A stretch of DNA of 62,946 nucleotides, counting the filler, from Hyphochytrium catenoides (Eukaryota; Protista; Hyphochytriomycota), in assembly GCA_900088475.1 (NCBI GenBank). It is 12 parts of 12 records of this genome, joined end to end, with 100 filler letters (N's around TTAATTAATTAA, not from the genome) between each part and the next. Parts side by side here need not be neighbours in the genome. Positions count along the whole stretch, not along the records: positions 1 to 14,332 come from FLMG01001560.1; positions 14,433 to 25,744 come from FLMG01003584.1; 10 more parts are not named here. The stretch is one strand, 5' to 3'. The position numbers were made by a program, and so were the translations under genes. Position 1 is the first letter of the stretch; every line of letters begins with the position of its first letter. The notes beneath the pieces are model-generated. The model was not told the origin of the DNA and did no database searches. It saw nothing but the letters and a program-made list of their open reading frames with translations. Below, piece by piece: positions 12,501-22,706 of the stretch.

Positions 12501-13868
12501 CAGCAGAACTGTCTCTTTGCTGCATCCACTCATAAGGACAAGACGCCTCTCATCATGAGGTCACTGAAGGGAGAGCAAGGCGAGCGGAATGTGGCACCAT
12601 TGGGGAGAGGAAGAGAGACAGTGAGGGAGTAATATTAATCAGGAGATGAGGAGGAGAGAGAGGGGACCACGGGAAAGAGAGAGAGCAAAAGAGCAAAGAG
12701 GAAGTGTCAGCGCGACGAACAACTCTTGCTGGAGAAGAAAGAGAAGTAGAAGGGATCCTTCGTGGAAGGAGCCGAACACGAAACAAAAGGGAACAGAGGG
12801 AGGAGGAAAGGATAGCAGAGAAGGAGGACAGACTACGCGTTCAAAGATCACTCTGTAAAAGAGCAAGTGGTCAAGTGGTATAAGGGAAATAAACCAACAA
12901 TCTCTCTCTCTCTCTTCCTCCCTTCCCCTCACACATTCCACTTCCTTATTCTGCGTACTTTCCAAGCTGTGGCAGGCTTCCGTCATCGTTCCTTGGCTGG
13001 AGGAGAGCAGAAGAGGAGGATTTTCTTGCTTCGCCAGTCCTCCCAGACTTTATTAAACGACTCTCGTAGGCCCAACGTGATACTAAGATAGTTTATCTTA
13101 GGCTAACGAGGGTTGTCAAAGGGTAGGCCAACATTGAGTTGCGAGAGGAGAGAGCGAGAGAGAGTGAGAGAAAGAAAGACAGACAGAAAAAGAGAGAGAA
13201 GAGAGAAGAAAAGTGAGACAGTTAGAGAGACGATGTGCTGAGATGTATGGGCCCAATGCTTGCGCTGGGCGAGCTGAGGTGAAGCCTCGTCATCATAGGT
13301 TACAAAGAGATCTGAAGAACAAAGCGGATGAGAGAAGGAGAGCTCTTATCAGAGAGAGGCGAAGAGGAAATTCTACGAAGTAAAAGGAGGAGACAAGGCC
13401 ATTGTCGACCCTGGTTTCCTGCATTGTGTTTGGTTGGAATATGCACGCTCCTGCGTGTTGTCTCTCCCTATCTCTCTTTCTCTCTTGAGGCTGGTAGAGG
13501 TGCTGTTGACTTGATCTTTCTCTCTCTCTTTCCTCACACTTCAACAACCCACATTCCGCTGCTCTTTAGAACTACCTCTGTCTCTCTTTCCCGGCAGTTG
13601 TTCTGGCTCATCTCTTTCCTGGCACTTGTTTTCTCTCCAAGTTTCTCTCTCTTTATCTCAATCCCTCTTGTCTGCAGGCTTTGTTTCCTCTATCCTCCTC
13701 TCTCCCTTTCGAAGTCCTTGTTATCAACTTCCTCTTCCATCCCTCCCCTAGCTCAACCTCTATCTATTTTTTTCCCTCTCTTCATCTTGCCTGCTTTTGC
13801 ACTTTCACTCTCTCTCTCTCTCTNNNNNNNNNNNNNNNNNNNNNNNNNNNNNNNNNNNNNNNNNNNNN

Positions 13869-13902
<34 letters not shown>

Positions 13903-14075
13903 CTGTTAGGCCACGGGCGCGCCAAGAGTTTGAACTTGAAGCTGCGCCGCCATTACGACACCACTCCCGCCACCCCACCGGCCAGACCTCTCAGTAAGGG
14001 TCGAAATCTATTACATTAACCGATCATTAATAAAGACGTTGTGTAGAAGGGTCAGTCTACTGGTGTGTGGCCTCT

Positions 14076-14145
14076 TGCCCGCCAAAAATCTTTCCCGCGT
14101 TTTGATTGGCTGGAGGGATGACCAGGAGCCTTCTGATTGGCCAGG
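14076..14145. promoter_or_regulatory. Possible promoter: E2F-like sites (CCCGCCAAA, TTTCCCGCG) plus two inverted CCAAT boxes (GATTGG)
   Basis: Motif cluster only. No downstream gene is visible before the segment ends. Confidence 0.25.
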
Positions 14146-14332
14146 CTGGAGAAGGTCCAGCAAAGACAGACCTCTCCAGTATTACTACTGACTATAAGCC
14201 ATATATTTAAGCCCCATTAACGATATTATTACTGTCACGGGGATAAAAGCTCATCCATCAACTCTCCAGCCCGCCTTTTGTGCGGCCTGCCTGCTTTCTC
14301 ACCTCCTCGACCAAGAGAGAGAGAGAGAGAGA

Positions 14333-14432
14333 NNNNNNNNNNNNNNNNNNNNNNNNNNNNNNNNNNNNNNNNNNNNTTAATTAATTAANNNNNNNNNNNN
14401 NNNNNNNNNNNNNNNNNNNNNNNNNNNNNNNN
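14333..14432. other. Artificial contig spacer (N44-TTAATTAATTAA-N44)
   Basis: Six-frame stop linker in a fixed 100-nt block. Confidence 0.97.
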
Positions 14433-16175
14433 TGACGATGTCCTTGCAATAGAGCTTGAGGACGTCATATTGGGCCCTGGCAATATCCTGAACCGCCTGG
14501 GCTTCTCCAGAGCAAATAGAGCCATAGAGAGTCCTATTGCATTTTCCCTTGTGAGTCGTAGAACCACGCGAGCGAAGGCCATAGACGCACTTGCCTCAGT
14601 ACGTAGAGTACACTCTTACATCAACTGGTTTGTGCGTCTGTGTATCTATTGCAAGGACTCCCATTGCTTTGGACCGACTCATATTGCTCTTGGTCGATCG
14701 AGTGCAATAGACACCATCTATAGAAAGAGTCACCACCGGTAAGCAGACCTCGAGGCCCCCAGGGCGCTGAAAATTGACAAACTCTTTGGCAGTCTGCTTT
14801 GAAAGGTTCCCTGATTCCTCCAAATAGACTCCTAGCACTTCAGAAACTGCGGTCTTCATACCTGGCGATAGCGCTGTACGGACTTCTTAGATTGACCTTT
14901 GACACCAATCAGACCATTCATCTGGTCTTGCTGAGCTACAGTCACTCCAGATAGGAAGCCTGCCGCTGGGATGCAGACGTTGAGGGCTGGAAGCTTCTGC
15001 AGCCCCTTGGTGCTCGCTGTCCTTACCATATTCCCTAGTCTAGCCTCAAACGGACAGTATCGACATTTCCACCAATATAGTCGATAGTAGCCTTGCCTAA
15101 AGAAGGTACACGATGTCAAGTCACCTGTGTCTTGAGTCCAATCTCGAGGAATAGCAGGACAAGTCTCCCTATGCACAGTCTCCATCAGGCGTCCCGTAAG
15201 ATAGGGATCTTGGTGATGGTACTCCTGAGCGGGTGTGGCAGGAAGAGAAAGTGATACGTGAGCACGGCCGGGAGAGAGCTTTTGGGACTCAGCAATGACT
15301 GGATCCTTTAAAATGGGCTCCCGTAGCAGCCTTCGAAAGAGCTCTTCGCTGTCCTCCCCAGATATCTCTAGGATGACCTCTTGGACCCGTTCAGGCGGCA
15401 TAGTGGCTGCTGACACAATGACGTTATGAATGACCTTGTCAACCGGGACATGCCTCTCCAGTCTACGATGCACAGGGAAAGCGACGTCCACGGACTTCTC
15501 TACGTACCACAGCTTCTTTATAACTCCAATGCCGCCCTCGAAATTTTCTCCCGGTCCAGTGCGAGGCTCAACGGTGACCTTAATGCCCACAGATAAGCAT
15601 TTCTTCTTGAAGATTTTTGCAGCGCTGGCATGTGCCTTCTTCAGAAGCTCATGATGCCTTGCGCACAGATGGTAGTACTGGCACCTAACACGGTTATTGT
15701 TTGGTAAGTTGATAGGCTGCTTCTCTGTAGAGGGCAACTCCATTCCGGCTTCAGCGGCCACCTCTTCTATGACTGTGGCAAGGCCAGTTCCATTCCGGCG
15801 AATGAATCGAATCTGGCCAGCACAGAGAGTATCCTTGAACCTCCTTCTTGTATACTTCTCAAGAGCTCCGTCGCTCAAGACGCACTTGTGATCGCTGCTT
15901 ATAGTAGCAGAAGAAGCATGGGGTAAAGTTGGCGCTGGACTAGCTGCCCTCCCATCAGATCCCACCTGTTGATGGCTTCCCGTTGTGGCACTAATAAGGG
16001 TTAGAGGGACTCTTTTGCGTGAGAGTCTAGGAGTACAAGCTTGCTCAGTGCCGGTGTCTTTCTGATGACCCTTACCAGGTCCCTCCTCTCCACTGGTGGT
16101 ACCAACCCTACTAACGACGGGGTCCTCATTCTCGGCCTCCTGCGGCGGCTGACTCTCCTTCCCGTCCTGCATCAT
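14433..16175 (-). mobile_element. Phantom/Mutator-like DDE transposase pseudogene (3'-truncated at contig end)
   Basis: WKCRYC...LNVCIPAAGFLSG, then LSIDGVYCTR...LAIDTQTHKPVDVRVYSTY*GKC...HKGKCNRTLYGSICSGE. This matches the Phantom-type pattern (DG-W/Y..R, TGKVLD...SKYC..C, H.C..N..GSS..ME). Frameshift near 14857 and an internal TGA at 14596. Confidence 0.7.
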
Positions 16176-16249
16176 GCCAGAACGAACAAAANNNNNNNNN
16201 NNNNNNNNNNNNNNNNNNNNNNNNNNNNNNNNNNNNNNNNNNNNNNNNT

Positions 16250-16729
16250 AGAAGGGGAGGTCTGAGGAGCCTGAAAAGTAGCCGGCAATGGTTAGTTTTT
16301 TACTTCTGGAGGATGAGTGAGATCACTGCATTTTTGACACTTTTCCCTAGAAATGAATTTTAGCCCTTCGCCCTTAATGCTCAGTAGTAGCGGGCACTCT
16401 TATAAGCCTAACCAAGAGGCCATTCCTTATAGCGCTGATTCTTGGCATTCCAGCAGCGACAGGAGGCTCATCAGAGACTAGGGGAACCAGTTTGTTGATC
16501 GTCTTCCGATCATTCTTCTTCCAGTTTTCTTGCTTGTCTCTGTGAAATCCTTACTGGTGAGCGGGACTTTGCCATCAGCCAGCAGTGTCTGACTCTCATC
16601 CTCAATGTGAACGAGGAGGTCTAACTCATCCAGGTAACTTCGTACCCGGCTTGGCCAGATAGAATACTGGTGCTTGCTGTGTAGAACAGCGATATTGTGC
16701 GGGTGAACTCCGCCTTCCTTTGATGTCAT
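16250..16729 (-). mobile_element. Degenerate Ty1/Copia gag fragment
   Basis: IAVLHSKHQYSIWPSRVRSYLDELDLLVHIE is a typical Copia gag N-terminus, and it directly follows a 5' LTR. Confidence 0.6.
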
Positions 16730-16817
16730 TGTATGCGACAGGATGGTCACTCTAGCAGCTCAAGTGGTGAGAAGAGGAGAAGCAACAGTCACGACCAACT
16801 GCGAGTGTGGGATAAGC

Positions 16818-17165
16818 TGATGAATTTTACAGAGCTGGGTGGCAATGCCTGAAGCTTCTGTATGAGCACAATCTAGATGAAACTATAACAAAGGAACTTG
16901 GTATTGATTTATGATTGAATTCTCCGAATGACTGAGTCATGAGTCATGAGTGTGTCTGGTCTGCTCTCAAGATCTTTTGCTCGGCCGAGCTTCCCTCATC
17001 ATCTCTCTCTCCTGTGTGTGCTGTTCCTGTGTTCTTCTGGAAATTCTTCTCACATCCCTCTTTCCCATAACAAAGGTGTACCGTAACGTCTATGTTCCTG
17101 AGAGCTAGGGTGTATATAGAGAGTGACTACTGTACTACTGACAACGAACATTGCAGCACTCAACA
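16818..17165 (-). mobile_element. LTR family A, copy 1 (5' LTR of Copia relic)
   Basis: TGTTGAGTGC...TTCATCA on the minus strand. Homologous to 18744-19090, 34615-34953 and 60847-60892. Confidence 0.85.
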
Positions 17166-17458
17166 CATAATCACTTTCCAGATTTCCCTTCTATCTAGAT
17201 GGGTGTGTGCCCTTTGTCAAGAGATCACCAGCTACTAGTTCCTACGAGTAGTAGTAAATTGCAAGATGGGTAAGCCAAAGTCTTGGACATGGACGCAATT
17301 CAACGAAGTAGTTGTTGGAAACCCAGCAGGAGGAGGGGAAGCTCGCAATAATGGTGGTGAAAAGGAACCCCGCCCCGCCGCCAGCAAGAAGAGCAAAACG
17401 GTCAGGGCCAGATGCAATCACTGCCTTCATATGCTAACCACGGATCCTCCACGAATGC

Positions 17459-17711
17459 TGTTGAACTGTGATCGACGCTGAAACCAAAAAGTGTACAGCG
17501 GACGACGCAGAGGGAATATCCCTGGTAGACAAACAAACCGGAGATTAGTCAAGAGTACGTTTGGTGTATGGTGCATACTGGTTAGGGTGTCGGCATCAAA
17601 GACAGAGGTCCTGGGTTCAAATCCCGGAGCGTACAAAACTTTTCTCCGGTATATTCAGACATCCCCCAATATTAATTCAAAGTGCTCACCATCCAATGAT
17701 AAAATCTAACA
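17459..17711 (+). mobile_element. Solo-LTR/TRIM-like element carrying a tRNA-like Pol III cassette, copy 1
   Basis: TGTTG...TAACA termini; ATGC duplication on both sides (AATGC if one A was lost); splits the hAT BED finger; homologous to 34981-35236. Confidence 0.85.
17555..17635 (+). tRNA. tRNA-Pro(AGG)-like sequence inside the mobile element (probably not a functional tRNA)
   Basis: 7-bp acceptor stem GTACGTT/AGCGTAC; A-box-like TGGTGTATGG; TTAGGG loop followed by a ~12-nt intron-like insert; AGGTC variable loop; T arm CTGGG-TTCAAAT-CCCGG; TTTT at 17640-17643. The anticodon stem is imperfect. Confidence 0.6.
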
Positions 17712-18335
17712 ATGCTACGCCACCTGGTGAACCAGTGTGACAAAGCTTTTGGAGAAGTAAAGGCGGAGGCTCAAAGACGATTGCTGGAGGGGCTAAGAGC
17801 CGCAGCAGTACCGCAGCCATGTTCATTATTCAACAGGACTACGAAACCGGCTCTCCTAGTGGTTATGAATTCGAGGAGAGAGGGCCTGCAGCACCACCAC
17901 TATCTGCTGCTGGAGGAGGCCGTCAGCAAGATATCAGAAGCCGCAACAGGCAACAAGGCGGCGTGATCACCATCTCAAGGGAGGAGATGAACAAGCAGCA
18001 GCTGCTGCAGTTTGCACGGGCGATGTACATGACTGGTGTACCTCTTAGTGTCTTTGGGGATGTGGTGGAATGGCTTAGACCTTTCATATGATTAATCCGG
18101 CCTTTAGGTTACCAGGAAAAGACAAGCTAGGTGGAAGTCTTCTCGACTCACATCATGCATCCCTTGAGGGACAGGTAAAGGAGCGTTTATTATATGCTCA
18201 AGGTGGAACACCCCTATAAGTGACGGCTGAAGTAACCTGCGCTTAGAGTCCATTATTAACTTTATGGCAGCAACTCCTCAACCAGTTTTTGTCCAAGCAT
18301 TAGCCACCGGCAAAGAGAGCCACACTGCTGAGCAC

Positions 18336-18660
18336 TTCAGTGTGTTCCTTGGCGAGCTTGGCTTCTCCAACCAGCTGCCCATCCCTGTTAATCAGGACAA
18401 CCAAAGCGCAATTGTCCTCTGCTCCTCTTCACGACCAAAGTCAAAGACTTTAGATGTCAAGCACTGTGTCCTGCAAGAGAAGGTCGCCAATGGGAAAATT
18501 AAGCTGGTCTATACTCCCTGTACAGCTATGGTAGCCGATTGCCTCACCAAGCCTTTACCTGCTCCTCTCTTTCGGACACTGCGTCCTCACCTTGGAGTGC
18601 TCCCTCCTAGTGTCAGTACTCTTGCCACTACTACCCACCTAGCTTCGTCTGAGGGGGAGA
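18336..18660 (+). mobile_element. Ty1/Copia RNase H C-terminal fragment plus polypurine tract
   Basis: IPVNQDNQSAIVL...KSKTLDVKH...VYTPCTAMVADCLTKPL, followed by TGAGGGGGAG. Confidence 0.85.
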
Positions 18661-18743
18661 GATTGAGTGAGAGCGACAATTAGGTGAGTTAATTCGACCC
18701 TCACCACTGATGATCCAGAGAAGCTAGGTATGAGGAGGGGTAG

Positions 18744-19090
18744 TGCTGAGTGCTACTATGTTCGTTGTCAGTAGTACAGTAGTCACTCTCTATACACACC
18801 TAGCTCTCAGGGACATAGACGTTACGGGTACACCTTTGTTATGGGAAAGAGGGATGTGAGAAGAATTTCCAGAAGAACATAGGAGCAGCAGAGGAGAGAG
18901 AGATGATGAGGGAAGCTGGGCCCAACAAAAAGATCTCGAGTCCAGACCAGGCTCTCAGGACTGAGTCATGATTCAGAGAAATCTCCATCATCACACATCA
19001 ATACCAAGTCCCTTTGTTATCATTTCATCTAGATTGTGCTCATCATACAGAAGCTTCAGGCATTGCCACCCAGCTCTGTAAAGTTCATCA
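18744..19090 (+). mobile_element. LTR family A, copy 2
   Basis: TGCTGAGTGC...TTCATCA, inverted relative to copy 1, preceded by purine-rich GAGGAGGGG. Confidence 0.85.
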
Positions 19091-19582
19091 TCACCTACTA
19101 TCCTGTCTTTTTAGTGGTAGGAGCTGAGGGTGGAGGTGACATGTCACGCGACTCTTGCAGCAGTCGAGAGTTGAGAAAGTTTCGCCATTCACTCACTCAC
19201 TCACTCACTCACTCACTATTCTCCTGTAGAGAGCGTGGGTGAACGAGTAGGGATCCTTTAGAGAGTGGGCCTGCCTATCTAGGTAATATCGATAGAAGAA
19301 ATGAAGAGCTCCTACAAGTAGTGTTACGAGTACAAGACCTTGTACGACTAAATCAGTGGTCCAACAAGCATCTTTCACTAATAATGCAGCCGAAGGCTGG
19401 ATTACGCACTATTAACGTCGGGCGAGGAGCCCTAGGCGGCTAGGCGGAGCGGAGCCTAACGCTATTGATATTTTAACAGTTGGTTATCACGGGTTATGAT
19501 TTTGTCATTGATCCTTATTCTTACAAATCTTTGGGTAAACCTTGGAGGAAACTTTGGGTAGACCCGAGGTACGTTTTACATT

Positions 19583-19630
19583 GTCGTCCGCTGTACACTT
19601 TTTGGTTTCAGCGTCGATCGCACTTCAACA
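19583..19630 (-). repeat. 5'-terminal ~48 bp of the tRNA-bearing LTR family joined to an unrelated interior
   Basis: Reverse complement TGTTGAAGTGCGATCGACGCTGAAACCAAAAAGTGTACAGCGGACGAC matches 17459-17506 with 2 mismatches. Confidence 0.8.
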
Positions 19631-20343
19631 CTTTCTATGCCAGAGTCGACTAGTCACCACATGATGGACGGGTAGAGTGTTCCCTGACCTCACTTGACTA
19701 AGAGCCATGAGGTTGAACAACAGCTTCTCTCCTCACCCGTTACAAGTTGACCAGCGACATCTCCGTAGTAACCTCTGTACGTGACTTGTACTCCCTAAGC
19801 TACCTCTCTTTGGATGGTTTACTTGTTCATTACCAGTCTTCCATCGTCCTAAACTGCGCCTTTGAATCAATCCGATGAAGACGTCTGCAATAGAGAGGAA
19901 AACCCAGATTGATCATTTGATATTTGAGCGTTCTCGGAGAGTTCTCAAATCTCCTATCAGCTGGGTCAAGGACCAACATCCTATCTTAGCTGGGCTGTTA
20001 CAGCTGCTTCTAAATCCCTTAAGTCCCGCAACGGGCAGGAAACAAACCCATTTCTAAGACGCCTCCTAGAAACAATGAGTTTTAGTCGATCTCTTGGGGT
20101 TTAGGTCATCCTAGTAGTGAAGGGAACCTTAGATGGAGCCTTGGCTCATCAACAGAGACTATTTTTCATAGCGGCGTACATAAGAAGGGGAGAGACAGCC
20201 GTACTTGCTAGCCTAATCATCACTGTTGTATCGTTGATTTTCCCAGTACTGCCAGCTTTGATATATCTCTCACCAGGGTTAACCCACCGGTCTTATCTCA
20301 CCAACCTCACGGGCTTGTCTTTCACGCTGTGACTTTAGGTTAC

Positions 20344-20449
20344 TGTTGGATTATATGGGATGATTGGACAATGTCATCAGATGGGAGTGCTCTACTTATA
20401 AGCCCAATTGGGGTCCCCCAATCTAGAGCTATTCTGACTATGCCAACTA
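20344..20449 (+). mobile_element. LTR-like repeat (family C) 5' part; second copy at 25647-25744
   Basis: Both start TGTTGGATT..ATGGGATGATTGGACAATGTCA and align over ~100 bp. Confidence 0.65.
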
Positions 20450-20656
20450 TGTTGGAGTCTGAGGGCACAGCTAGTGGACTACAAGCTGGCACAGTTAGTC
20501 CTGAAGGTATTCCGGGGTACTGACCATAAGCCATAGATATAAACAGGGACATTTCGTTTCTTCATATCTCGGCTTCTACTGGGACTTTGAGCTGAGACTT
20601 GGGTAGTTAAGCTTGCCAGCTTGTAGTCCACATAGCTGTGCCCTCAGACTCCAACA
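20450..20656. mobile_element. 207-bp element with ~43-bp terminal inverted repeats and TG...CA ends (MITE or palindromic solo LTR)
   Basis: TGTTGGAGTCTGAGGGCACAGCTA-GTGGACTACAAGCTGGCA at the left end and its reverse complement at the right end. Another copy starts at 40401. No TSD seen. Confidence 0.75.
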
Positions 20657-20959
20657 TCTCCCCACAGCTCGAACTCTCTATTATGAAGGGTCGAAGCCGA
20701 ACGTTCAACAGTTACTGTACGCCTGCAGAGGTGAGGGGATGGATGCGTCCTCTCCTTGTAACGGACGAGGAGCGAAGACGGCTCCTATCCAACCTGTGCT
20801 GTCATAGTCAAGAGAGGTCAAGATGTACTCTCTACCCGCCCATGCAGTTGTGACTACACGACTCAGTGATAGAAAGGGTGAGGCTAACCATTCTTCTTTG
20901 CATGTTGAGGTCCTACCCGGACTCTTACTCTCCCGAGGCAATGATGCCAACAGTCATGG

Positions 20960-22684
20960 TGTTATATGTCATTACTCCGTGTAGTAGTACCATATACTCC
21001 TCCGAATTACAAGCTCTCTTGAAGCTAGCGCTGGGGCCAAGAGGTGGATAGGAGAAGGCGCTAGCGGGAGCGCCGCGGCCTTTAGAGGAACTAGCCGACG
21101 AGGATGGGTAGTCCGAGTCTCCTGGGTCAATGGTTGGCTATCAGCGTAGCGCTTGCTACGAAGGAGGCGGCTCTGATCATCTCTAGTTTTATTCCTTCTC
21201 TCCCTCTTTCTCTCTCTGCTCTCCCTGATATCAGTTTGCTTTTGCTAACAATGTCAATCAGTCAATAAAGTTCGATCTAAGAGGAAAGTCCTTAGAATCG
21301 CCTTAAAAGTCCCCTCTGCATAGCTTTGTCGGAGCTGAGGCCTGGCCAGCCGAAGCGAAGACTTAGCTAAACCCATTGACTCACTCTTTTACATACTACA
21401 TGGTAGCTGAGCTCCAGTTCGGTCTAGTGGAATGTCAAGACTTTCTGCGTTTGTTTTGACGGTGAAGAGGTCGTCCGTGTTTCACAACCTTATTGTTAAC
21501 ACCAACCTCTTGTTCGCATGCCATCTGCGCTGTGGCAAGCTTGTCGGGCTGACGACCAGCGGGTTGTTACGTCTCTTTCGTGTCGCTGTACAGTCAGGTT
21601 GTTCAGTCGGGGTCACGGGAAGTTTGGTGACTGCCCTTATACTGTTCGAGAAACATGACCGAGCTGAACCAACTCCTACCTACCCATCCGGATGATGGTG
21701 CGGACTAACGACCATGGGGTTCGTTAGGTCTCTCGCGTTGCTGTACAGTCGGGCCATTCTTCGTTCGGGGTCACGGAAAGGTTTGGTGACTGCCCTTATA
21801 GTGTTGGAAGAACATGGCTGAATTGAACCCACTATCCCATCTCGGTACGCTGAGAACTCGATCCTCTCTATTCTAGCTGGAGTCACGGAACTGTTGGTGA
21901 CTGCTGCTCGTGTTTGTGAACATGTTTAGAAGATTGATACTTATCCGGGGGATAAGTGGGAAGACTCTCTTATTCTCTGAAGGACGGGCAGCACTGGCTG
22001 CTGGACGGACGCCTTCAAAGAGCCAACAAGAGTTGTGGTGAGCTTCTGTGGCCTAGTTGTCTCACCATCCACGACGAACTTCTTCTTCGCAGGAAGGAGC
22101 TGTTGGCAATCGCTTGTTGCCATCAGGACGATGATTCCCATTGCTGCTGCCTCCACCTTCAACGGTACTGCCACCATGGCAGTAGTGGAGGATGCTTACT
22201 AGTTCTCTCCGGCAGCAGCGACGCTTTTTAACTATAAAAGGGAAAGGGTGTTATTTGTAAATACTCCGTGTAGTAGTACCATATACCCCTCTGAACTACA
22301 TCTCTTGGAGCTAGCGCTGGTACCAGGAGGTGAATAAAAGAAGGCGCTGGTGGGAGCGCCGCGGCCTTTAGAGGAACTAGCCGACGAGGATGGGTAGTGC
22401 GAGTCTCCTGGGTCAATGGTTGGCTATCAGCGTAGCGCTTGCTACGAAGGAGGCGGCTCTGATCATCTCTAGTTCTATTCCTTCTCTCCCTCCGTCTCTC
22501 TCCGCTCTCCCTGAGATCAGTTTGTTTTTGCTAACAATGTCAATCAGTCAATAAAGTTCGATCCAAGAGAAAAGTCCTTAGAATCGCCTTAAAATTCCCC
22601 CTCTGCAGAGCTTTGTCGGAGCTGAGGCCTGGCCAGCCGAAGCGAAGACTTAGCTAAGCCATTGACTCACTTTTACACACTACA
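20960..22684 (+). mobile_element. Complete non-autonomous LTR retrotransposon (TRIM-like, 1725 bp)
   Basis: LTRs 20960-21400 and 22249-22684 (TGTTA...CTACA); PBS TGGTAGCTGAGC at 21401; PPT AAAAGGGAAAGGG before the 3' LTR; 5-bp TSD CATGG (20955-20959 and 22685-22689); no recognisable coding interior. Confidence 0.92.
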
Positions 22685-22706
22685 CATGGAGATGAGTGCA
22701 GGAGTC

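Larger units (their letters stand above)
17266..18335 (+). mobile_element. hAT transposase pseudogene (BED zinc finger and DUF659-type region), interrupted by a solo-LTR-like insertion
   Basis: WTWTQF...ARCNHC...PPRM|LRHLVNQC is rejoined on removing 17459-17711 plus the TSD. Then FARAMYMTGVPLSVF, ISDG*SNLRLESIINFM and TGKESHTAE. Confidence 0.8.

Noticed and set aside
9700-13800. Short ORFs in the region upstream of the LACS gene
   Set aside because: No recognisable motifs or consistent exon chain; probably intergenic or highly decayed TE sequence.
16818-19090. Inverted LTR-A pair as TIRs of a composite DNA transposon
   Set aside because: No flanking TSD. Copy 1 leads into gag and copy 2 follows RNase H and purine tracts, consistent with separate Copia-derived LTRs.
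20960-22684. Retrozyme (hammerhead-bearing LTR element)
   Set aside because: I found no CTGANGA...GAAA core in either LTR by eye.
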